From Azolla caroliniana (taxonomy: Eukaryota > Plantae > Polypodiophyta), in the NCBI GenBank assembly GCA_043228905.1, contig JBHGNT010000018.1, positions 13,702,001 to 13,766,000 on the forward strand: a DNA stretch of 64,000 bases, read 5' to 3'. The notes below the pieces were generated by a model that saw only the letters and a program-made list of their open reading frames with translations, made no database searches and was not told the origin of the DNA. Position numbers and translations under genes: made by a program. Of this stretch, positions 37,229-48,013 are shown in pieces; positions within the stretch are counted from its first letter, which is position 1, and each line of letters begins with the position of its first letter.

Positions 37229-40200
37229 TGTAATGAATCGGGTATGATTCTTGTGTAGTGGAATAGGTGTGAACTGCGTGTGTATGAGAGAGAGAGAGAG
37301 TGAGTGAGAAGTAAGACACAAAGTATACGCAAGGTAGATTGTATTAACAAAGGAGAGAAACTCAACACAATACAAGGTGGGAGGAGGGTGCTTTATATAG
37401 TCACCCTCTCTCTTCATTATCTACAAGGCTCATGGAGCATGGGGAATGTGAAAGCTCATAAGTTATGTGTCATAGAATATGATTCTATGACTCATACTAA
37501 ATGCTAGAATACAAAGAGGTGACTTAATGGTGACTCTTGAATGTTGGAGTGTCTATTCACTCTCAAGGTGAGTTCACACACTAGACGAAGTTGAGCTTGA
37601 TTCTCAACACGCCCCCTCAAGCTCAAGTCGGGGCGGTTTCAGACGGTACCCGAAATCCGCTTCGACTCGCGTTCTGGAGTTCGCGTCCTCATGTCGACTC
37701 GCTTTATGCGGAGTTGCGGAATCCGTGCTCCGGCTTGCGTTGTGCATAGTTGCGAAGTCTGTGCTTTGGCTTGCGGCTTTCTTCACGGCTTTGCGTAGTA
37801 GATCGGCTCTTCGTGGCTTCGTTGCGTGGTTGCGTAATCCACGCATTCTTGCATAGTGTGCGCGGCTTGCGGAATCCACACATTATTGCTTAATGTCTTC
37901 AGTACTCCCCCTCAAGCTTGGCAGGTCAGGGATCGTCAATCCGAGATCGGTCATGAATTGCCACAGCTTGTCGGCTCCTAAGGCTTTAGTGAAAATGTCG
38001 GTTGTTTGAAGATTTGTGCTATTGTGTTGTAGGTCGACATCGCCAGCTAGAACGCGCTCTCGGATGAAGTGATAGTGCACTTCGATGTGTTTTGTCCATG
38101 CGTGGAACACCGGGTTCTGAGCCACAAAGATACTGCTCATGTTTGCAGTAAAGGGAAGTCAGATCCTTGATGGGTACGCCCAGATCCTTCAAAATCCTCT
38201 TGAGCCATACGGCTTCACATGCAGCTATGGTTGCGCCCCTGTATTCCGCCTCTATACTCAAAAGAGAAACAATAGGCTGCTTCTTGCTACTCTAGGATAT
38301 TGGTCCGCTGCCGAGGGAGAAAACAAATCCGGAGGTTGATCTTCTATCGACTTTGTAGCCGGCCCAATCGGTGTCGGTGTATCCCTCGAGTCATATTGGC
38401 ATCGCGGTCTTGTAGAGGATGTCGTAATCCATTGTGCCGCTCACATATCGAAGAACTCACTTAGCGCAATCCAAGTGAGTATCACGCGGTGTTTGCATGA
38501 ATTGACTAAGGAGACCGACCGGATAACTGAGATTGGGTCGTGTGATCGTGAGGTAGATGAGACTCCCGATGAGTTGCCGATACCGAGTCGGCTCACACGC
38601 TTTGGTGCCGGAGTTCGCATCAAGTTTGAGATTGCGATCGAGCGGGGTTGCCGCGGATTTGCACTCAACCATCCCAAACTTGTATAACAAGTTGAGGATG
38701 TAGTGCCGTTGAGAGATCATGATTCCGGCCGGAGTCTGAATTACCTCGATGCCGAGGAAGTAGTGGAGCTCCTTCATGTCCGTCATCTCGAACTTGTCGG
38801 AAAGGAGGGATTTGACTTTATTGATTTCGACGAGATGCTCACCTCCAATGACTAGGTCATCCACATATAAGATGATGACGATAAGACTTGCGGAATCGCT
38901 TCGTATGTAGAGGGAGTTGTCCGATTTTTACGTACGGAAGCCGATTTGATGAAGATAGTGCGTTATCTTCGAATGCCAAGCACGCGGTGCTTGCTTGATG
39001 CTGTAGAGGGGCTTCTTGAGTCGGCATACAACTTTTGGATGGGTGCTCGAGTTGAATCCGGGTGGTTGTATCATGTACACGTCCTCTTCTAATTCGCCTT
39101 GTAGAAAGGCATTCTTGACGTCCATTTGATGGAGGTGCCACCCTTTCGCCGCGGCAAGTGCAATTACGGTCCGTACCGTCATAATCTTTGCCACCGGGGC
39201 AAAGGTCTCCTTGTAGTCAACTCCGTGCATTTGGGCGTAGCCTTTCACTACAAGTCGCGCTTTGTAGCGGTTGACGGAACCGTCAGCGTTGTACTTCACT
39301 TTGTAAATCCATCTGCATCCGATCGCCTTTTTGTGCGGTGAGGTGGGAACGAGATCCCATGTCTCGTTCTTCCGTAGTGCCTGCATCTCCTCGTTCATGG
39401 CTTCGATCCATCGCGGATCCTTGGCTGCTTCAGTAAAAGTTTCCGGCTCGCGTATTGTCGCCACCTTCATCATAAAGGCGTAATGGTACGCCATATAATC
39501 GTTGTAGCCGAATCGTCTTACAGGGTTCTTTTCACGGGTGGAGCGACGAAGGTTTTCATTTGTAGGGATCAGGGCTTTCTTAGCTCCGATTGGTACATCC
39601 AAGCCGCCGAAATCATTGTCGAGTGAGTGAGTCGACTCATCTTCGTCAAACCGATCGTCTGCGTATTCTGCCATTTTCGCCTTGCCTTTGTCCATCTTTG
39701 GGCTAGGCCGTGATGTGCTTTGATTGCTCAAAGGCTCTTGTGGTTCGCTCAGTCGGGTCATGATCGGACTTTCTTCGAACATGCGCATAAGGTGATCTTC
39801 ATCCTCTATGTCTTGTTCGGCAGATTCCAAGTCGAGTGGAGTGGAAGTTGGAGTTGTCTCTGGTGCGTACCAGGATGTGGACTCGTCGAAAACGATGTCT
39901 CGACTTACGCGAGATTTTCGAGTTGAGGGGTTGTAGCACTTGTACCCTTTTTGCTCGAATGAGTATCCTATGAGGATATATTTCTCTGACTTCGGGTCGA
40001 GCTTTTGACGCTTCTCGTCGGGGATGTGCACGTATGCAATGGAGCCGAATATCCGAATATCCAAAGAATCTTTCGTGCGGAGTGACCTCGTGCATGCCGG
40101 ATGTTGTGCACCGGTTCATTAGGTAGACGACCGTATTTGCAGCTTCGGCCCAATATGACTTGGGCTTATGCTTCTCGTTCATCATGGCCCGCGCTACTTC

Positions 40201-40510
40201 GAGGATGTGCCGATTTTTGCACTTGGCTACCCCGTTTTGTTGCGGAGTGTGTCGGCAAGTGAATTCTCGCCGAATTCCTTCCTTTCGGAGATACACCATG
40301 AAATCATCCGAGAAGTACTCGCCGCCATCCGATCGGAGACATCGTACATGTCGGCCCGTAGATTTCTCGACTTCATTCTTGAATTTTTGGAAGTGTCCGA
40401 ACACTTCGCTCTTTTGCCGCATCGGATAGATCCAAGTGTGCCTAGAAAAGTCATCGATGAAGAGCACGTAATATAGGCATCCGTTGAATGTAGCCGTCTG
40501 CGCCGGTCCC
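37229..40510 (-). mobile_element. Ty1/copia element F: 3' LTR 37229-37609, RH-RT-INT; interrupted by G and continuing at 46283-46441
   Basis: PPT GAGGGGGCG; TKHIEVHYHFIRE; YVDD; ORF 38928-40064 ([11 protein letters not shown]); integrase FIDDFSRHTW. Confidence 0.92.
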
Positions 40511-40993
40511 TTTTAGGGCCGTAGCCAAAGACAAGTTTAACATGAAGAAAAGAATGAGAAATAGAAAACAAGAGAGGAATGAGAGAGAAATAAGATATTG
40601 AAAATGTATTAGCAATGAGAACAAGGGTTACAAGAGTACGCCGAAGATTGGCGTTGAACCGGAATGGTTCATCAATAGTTCGCTATATGTTTATATAGCA
40701 TGCTTTGGATACATGCATGCTCGCCACCTCATAGGCATGCATGCTCGCCATTTGTCATTCATGCAAGCATGCCACTTGGCATTCATGCAAGCATGACACT
40801 TGGTAATCATGCGTTAGCCTATGCGGTGGCAACGTTTCACACTATTAGATATATTTCTTCATGATCTAATATAAGAATTTACAATTCAATAAATGTAATA
40901 TGATGTATTCTAGTGGTTGAAGCTACATATTATCTTTGACGAGCTCATGGGTTCGAATCTTTATTACAAGTCTTGGAGTTTTGGTATATATGT

Positions 40994-43900
40994 TCATGAC
41001 ATTATCCCCTTCCTTTGACGACGAGTTCCACGAGTTGCAATGCATGAACTAGGAGTTGGCTTATTTGGATATCGTTGATGAAATTCAGCTACTAGTTCTT
41101 TGGTATTATTGAGATTTTCAGCTGGCTCCCACGTTCGATCCGCAGGTGTATAACCCAGCCAATCAACAAAGTAATACAATTTGTTCTTCACAACTTTGGA
41201 GTACAAAATGGATTTTACTTCATATTCAGGGCCTTCATCAAGCTCAATAGAAGGTGGAGGGGGAACAACGCGATCTGGAATAGAGTTTGAAGTATAAGGT
41301 TCCAAGAGTGAGACATGGAACACTGGGTGAAGACGCATATGAGGAGGGAGATCGAGTTGAAAAGCAACTCCATTGATTTGTTTAGTGATTAAATATGGAC
41401 CAATGCGTTAATAATCTAGCTTGTTACAAGGCCTAGTGGTCTTCACATTACGTCGTAAGAGCCATACACGGTCTCCAACTTGAAATTTGGGTTTTTCTGG
41501 TGATGAGTTGAGTCGATGGCGATCTGCAAATTTCTTATGGGTGGCTTGAGCGTGATGTAAATGATGAGAAAGAGCAATATGAATTTCTCGGATATGACTT
41601 AGGCGATCCTCCGCAGCGGGATTTTTCGAGATTCTTGGGTGGTCAAGAATTGTCCAACGGGGATGAACACCCGTGTTGGCAAAGAAGGGAGTAATTTTGG
41701 TAGAAGAATGAACTGAATTGTTGTAAGAAAACTCCGCAAAATGTAAATAATCTACCCAATCATCTTGTTGATAATTGATGAAGCAATGAAGATATTGTTC
41801 CACGGTTTGATTGGTATGCTCGGTTTGACCATCAGTCTCTGGGTGATAGCTTGACGAGAGTTTACAATCAATTTGGAGGAGTCCAAACAAGTGTTTCCAA
41901 AATGTTGAGATAAATTGTGGTCCTCGATCACTAATGATGTCATCAGGAAGACCATGATGCCGAAACACTTCACGCATAACCAAATCTGCTATCTCTTGAC
42001 TATTAATAGTCTTTGTGCATGGTAGAAAATGTGTCATCTTTGTGAACCGATCTAACAGTCAGGATGGAATCAAAACCTTTGGAAGATGGAAGATCAGTAA
42101 TGAAATCCATAGATAGAGACTTCCAAGGACCATCAGGAACTGGTAAGGGTTGGAGTAAACCATATGGTCGATGTCGAGGACACTTGGACCGACAACATGC
42201 ATCACAACTACGAATGTAGTTTTCAACATAATTATGAAGATGCGGCCACCAATAATTTCTAGAAACTAATTCCAATGTTTTGTGAACTCCAAAATGTCCA
42301 GCCATTGGCATGTCGTGGCAATGTTGTAAAATAAGGAGTCAAGAGCGACCATCAGGGACATAAAGCAAATTATTTCAAAAAAGTAAATTATCATGCCAAC
42401 TGAACTGATTATAATCTTTACGAGAATTCATCGACCTTGAACAAGAAGCACGATCTGGAATAATATGATTCAAGACATCTTGGGCAAATTCATCTGCTTC
42501 AAGATCAGTACGAATCGTACTTATAAGTATCGAGTCCGTAGGTGTCTTAAAAGCATTAGTGACCATCACTTGTAAACGATCAGGACCAAGGAGGATATGC
42601 TTTTGATGATCAAAAGTAGGTTCCCCTAAATAGGGTGCCATGTATGAACGCCGAGATAGTGCATCTGCCTTTCCCTGGTGTATTGTGGGGCGATACACAA
42701 TCAAGAAATCAAAGCGTGTAAGAAATTGTGCCCAACGTGCCTGTCGACGATTTAAGACTCGAGCATTTTGGAAATACGTTAGGTTCTTGTGATCATTATA
42801 GACAATGATTTGATGGGGAGAACCTTCCAAGAAGTGGCGCCAATGCTCAAAAGAGTCGACAATAGCCAAAAGCTCCTTGTCGTGAATCTCATAATTAATT
42901 TCCGCGGCTTCAAATTTTCGCGAATGAAAAGCAACTGGATATAATAGCCCATTTTCTTTGGGTTGTGACAGGACACTCCCGAGTGCAAAATCTGATGCAT
43001 CAGCTTCCAAAATAAAAGGTTTGTCTTGGTCAACATGGATCAAAATAGGAGCTGATGTGAACGCATGTTTTAGGCTTTCGAATGCCTCAGCAGCACTAGA
43101 ATTCCATATGAATGGTTGGTTTTTATGTGTTAATTGTGTAAGAGGCAACACCTTCTTTGAGTAGTTCCTGATGAATTTGCGATAAAAATTCGCAAATCCC
43201 AAGAAACATTGGACATCACGCACAGATTGTGGTGTTTCCCACTCTAGAATTGTTTGCACCTTTGCTTGATCCATAGATATTCCTTCTGGTGATACTATGT
43301 ATCCTAGGAATTCCACTTGGTTGCGATCAAAACTACATTTCTCGAGTTTAGCATAGAGACCATATTCTTGTAATCGTTGTAGAACTTGGCGTACATGCTC
43401 ATCATGCTCTTCTTGAGTCTTGGAAAATATCAAGATATCATCCAAATAAATGATGGTGAATATATCCAAGAAGTCTCGGAAAACATCATTGGCCATATGC
43501 TGAAAAACCGCAGGAGCATTTGTAAGACCGAATGGCATAACTGTATACTCAAAATGCCCATATCGAGTGCGAAATGCAGTTTTCCATTCATCACCCGGAC
43601 GAATTCGAACTAGATTATAAGCACCTCTAAGATCGATCTTTGTAAAGTATTTGGCTCCACTCAACCGCTCCAAAAGTGTTGGTATTAAAGGCAAGGCATA
43701 CCTGTTTCAAATTGTGATTTTGTTTAATCCTCGATAATCTACGACCAAACGAAGTGATCCATCTTGCTTCTTGACAAAAAATATTGGTGCGCCAGTAGGA
43801 GATTTGGAATGACGAATAAATCCAATAGCTAAATTTTCATCGATATAGTTGCGAAGAACCTTGAGCTCTACAGGTGATAAACTATAAATGGGTCCCCACG

Positions 43901-44651
43901 GTGGATCTTTTCCTGGCTGAAGATCAATAGGACAATCATAAGGTCGATGTTCTGGGAGTCTATTAGCTTTGTCCTTATTGAAGACATCTTGGAATTCTTG
44001 ATACTTGGTTGGAAGAAAGGTACTCGACTTTTGTTGAGTTGGTGTTGGCATTGTTATTATCACAAATATAAACATTTCTTCTTTGTCTCCCTCTTTGCGT
44101 AAGTTTTCCAAAGATATTGTTGAGATCTGATGGCATTCTAAAATTGGGTTATAAGTAATAGGGAAATCTGATATATGGTTTTTCTTGGACTCTAGGATAA
44201 CTCGTTTTCTCCAGTCAATCTAGGGGTTGTGAAGCTCAAACCAAGGTAGACCAAGGACAATCGGATGCTCCAGACTATGTATGATATTGAATGAGATGAC
44301 ACAAGCTAAATCACCAAGAACTACACGAACTGATTCAGACTCTTTAGTTATATTTCCAGAGGCAATGGGTCGACCATCTATTACTATGACTGATACTGGA
44401 CAATGCAATGGTTTTAATAAGATATTATGTGTCAAGACAAAATTCCGGTCCATGAAACAAGAGTTGGCTCCGGAATCTAAGAGAGCATATGCGAAGACCT
44501 GATGACATCTAGAGGTACTAAGCTCGACATGTGCGACAAAAACCCTATTAACTTGGTTCGATGAAATGGAACCATTACTATGGTCTGACTCTACAAATTC
44601 TAGGTTATCCAACCAAATGGCTCCTATTTTGGCTGGATTTACTCGTTTAAC
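40994..44651 (-). pseudogene. pol of G with C-terminal chromodomain
   Basis: LLDSGANSCFMD; KTAFRTRYGHFEY; YLDD; SMDFITDLP; EYEVKSILYSKVVKNKLYYFVDWLGYTPADRTWEP. Confidence 0.95.
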
Positions 44652-45765
44652 ACCTCATCTAGTTGGCTAAGTACTTCAAAACGATTTGAAGGTGTAGGGC
44701 TATTAGGATTGCTAGATGTATTTGGAGAATCGACATCCAATTTAGTACTAGCACTTACTTGGTAAACTTGACGCCTAGGTCGATGGGGACAACTTATCGC
44801 TATATGTCCTGGACCACCACAATATAAACATAGGCGGTTCGCCCGACGTCTCTGCTTTTCAGCTTCTGTTAAAGGTCCTCAACGACGTGTAGAATCAATT
44901 TCCATTGGAGTACGACCACTTATTGGGCTAGATATAGGAACATGCATAGTTCCAGATGTAGGTAGTGATGTTACCGATGCATATGTTTGCTCTGATCGAG
45001 GTCGAGACCATTGTTGACACTCAGAGTGTGGCTCGAATAATCGATTGTCACATCATACAGCTCGACTAATCGCCTCAGTAAGAGATTTTGGATCTTCATG
45101 AAAAGTGAGAAGCAAGTCTTTCACATCATTACGAAGTCTGTGACGAAATTGGTCCATCAATGCCTCTTCATCGCAAGGAATGTCACATGCAAGAAGGCGA
45201 AAATCAGCTGCATAGGCTGAGGCTGGGCGATCCCCTTGTCGCAACCTTCGAATCTTATTAATAGTTGTTCTCATGCTATCGGTATCTCCAAAACAAGCTT
45301 GGAAATCTTTAATAAACTCATCAAAATTATCCAAATAGGGCATTTTTTCTCAAGTAACGGCGCAAACCAAGCCAATGTTGTACTAGTTAATAGAGTTCCA
45401 ACCAACCCTACTCGTGCTGAATCTGTTGGATATCGAGTGGGATGCATTTGAAATACTAGACGTACCTGATTTAGAAATCCTCAAAATTGTGATCGAGAAC
45501 CATCAAACTTCGACGGGATACTTATCTTGGGTTCTTTTGTCGAATTCGGTGCTTGTAATGCTTGTTGTCGCAATGTTATTGATGCCGCTTCAAGTTGATG
45601 AACCCTTTGAGTTAATTCCTCTTGTTGTTGAGCTTTCTCGACATTCACTCGTTGTAAATCCCCGAGCAACCTTTGATTCTCTTGCCCCAAAGCCATGAAC
45701 TTTGTGTTCAAGCGTTCAAGTTCACCTATAACGCGCATATATTCTTGTTCACTTACTGCTGCCAT
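44639..45765 (-). pseudogene. gag of G
   Basis: MAAVSEQEY coiled coil; PSKFDGSRSQF; LRQGDRPASAYAADF; CLYCGGPGHIAISC. Confidence 0.9.
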
Positions 45766-46282
45766 GGTTATGAGAAGATAGGATGAGAGCTTCCTTGGAA
45801 AAGAAAAAATTACAATGAAGAAGGTTAGGTATTCCGGTTCAAACTGTCAGGGCCGTAGCCAAAGACAAGTTTAACATGAAGAAAAGAATGAGAAATAAAA
45901 AATAAGAGAGGAATGAGAGAGAAATAAGATATTGAAAATGTATTAGCAATGAGAACAAGGGTTACAAGAGTACGCCGAAGACTGGCGTTGAACCGGAATG
46001 GTTCATCAATAGTTCGCTATATGTTTATATAGCATGCTTTGGATACATGCATGCTCGCCACCTCATAGGCACGCATGCTCGCCATTTGTCATTCATGCAA
46101 GCATGACACTTGGTAATCATGCATTAGCCTATGCGGTGGCACGTTTCACATATTAGATATATTTCTTCATGATCTAATATAAGAATTTACAATTCAATAA
46201 ATGTAATATGATGTATCCTAGTGGTTGAAGCTACATATTATCTTTGACGAGGTCATGGGTTCGAATCTTTATTACAAGTCCC

Positions 46283-46441
46283 CATATGTTGGAATGGACT
46301 ACGTCGAGTAGACCTTTGCTCACGTTCCGCTCTTTCGGGAATGGGTGTCAGTGTTGCTTGTTGAATTGGCACGCTTCGCATACACCTTCAATCTCCTTCT
46401 CTTTGAATGTCAGGAATCCGATGACGACTCCTTTCGATTTC
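46283..46441 (-). pseudogene. Continuation of copia F integrase (zinc-binding region)
   Basis: VCEACQFNKQH..PFPKERNVSKGLLDVVHSNIWG joins PAQT at 40510. Confidence 0.85.
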
Positions 46442-47204
46442 TAGCACCAATCTTCAAACGGCCGACATCTTCACTAAAGCCTTAGGAGCCGACAAGCTAT
46501 GGCAATTCATGACCGATCTCGGATTGACGATCCTTGACTTGCCAAGCTTGAGGGGGAGTACTGAAGACATTACGCAATAACGCATGGATTACGCAACCGC
46601 GCAATGAAACCGCGAAGAGCCGATCTACCGTGCAAAGCCGCGAAGAAAGACGCAAGTCGAAGCACAGACTTCGCAACCACACACAACGCAAGCTGGAGCA
46701 TGGATTCTGCAACTCCGCATAAATGCAAGTCGACGTGGACTCCGGAACGCGAGTCGAAGCGGATGTCGGATACCGTCTGAAACCGACCCGACTTGAGCTT
46801 GAGGGGGCGTGTTGAGAATCAAGCTCAACTTGGTTTAGTGTGTGAATTCACCTTGAGAGTGAATAGACACTCCAACGGTCAAGAGTCACCATTAAGTCAC
46901 CACTTTGTATTCTAGCATTTAGTATGAGTCATAGAATCATATTCTATGACACATAACTTATAAGCTTTCACATTCCCCATGCTCCATGAGTCTTGTAGTT
47001 AATGAAGAGAGAGGGTGACTATATAAAGCACCCTCCTGCCACCTTGTATAATGTTAATTCTTTCTCCTTTGTTAATATACTTTTACCTTGCGTATTCTCT
47101 GTGTATTATTCCTTGTCTCTCTCACTCACTCACTCTCTCTCTCATACACGCACACATAACTCACATCTCTTCCGCTTCACAAGAATTATATCCGATTCTT
47201 TACA
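46442..47204 (+). mobile_element. 3' fragment of copia H (same family as F): RNase H end, spacer, PPT, LTR 46810-47204
   Basis: Reverse-complement homolog of 37229-38020; ADIFTKALG; GAGGGGGCG then TGTTGAG...TTTACA. Confidence 0.88.
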
Positions 47205-48013
47205 GGTACGTTAGGTACGGTACGGATACCATACATATTTAACGTATTGATACCCGTATAGTACCTCCCAATTTAAAAATACGTTAAATACGTTTTCTTA
47301 ATATGTTAAATACTTATAAAATACGTAAAGTACATAAAATACTTCTAGAATTTGAAAATTATTTACCTTTCTAAAAAATATCTATATTATTGTAAAAAAC
47401 ATCTATGTTTACACAATTTTGTGATGTACAATATAGTTATACATCCTAAAATGGATATAAGACATTTGAACATTTCACATCCTAAAATACCTGTAGTAAT
47501 ATGGATGTCGACATTCCCTTATTCTATAAATTAGTGTAAGTGTGCATCACGATGTTCTACTTCAAATTGTAATTATTTACAATTATGCCTTCATAGATTG
47601 AGGAATCGTCCACGATTATCACACTCATGATAGGTTTCTCTTTTCTTCATTTTCTTCTTCTTCTTCTTCTATCTTCTGCGATTATCACACTCAGGACAGG
47701 TTTATGTCTTCTTTTCTCTCTTCTTCTTCTTCATCTTCTTCATCGTCATCTCTTCTATTCTTCTTTCTTCCTTCCTTTGGCTTCTTTTTCACTAAAATCT
47801 TTTTTTTCTTTTGCTTTTTGTTAGGGTTTTACTTACATTTTCTTTATAAATACGTATTATACCTGTTTTTTTATAAATACGTTAAATACTGTATTGGACA
47901 AATGTACATGATATTTGACTGAACAACATTGAGGTATAGTACGTACTATACAAAAGATGAGGTACTATATGTATTTAAAACGTTAAATATGGGTAAGTAA
48001 ACAACCATGGTTC
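47205..48013. mobile_element. AT-rich non-autonomous DNA transposon (MITE/hAT-like), left terminus displaced
   Basis: Subterminal inverted repeat CATATTTAACGT..TATAGTACCTC at 47231-47264 versus reverse complement 47959-47991; repeated AATACG/CGTATT motifs. Confidence 0.6.

Larger units (their letters stand above)
40511..46277 (-). mobile_element. Near full-length Tcn1-like chromovirus G
   Basis: LTRs 40511-41001 and 45845-46277 (outer ~30 nt deleted); TSD GTCCC at 40506-40510 and 46278-46282; PPT GGAAGGGGATAA; gag, PR, RT (YLDD), RH, INT, chromodomain. Confidence 0.95.
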
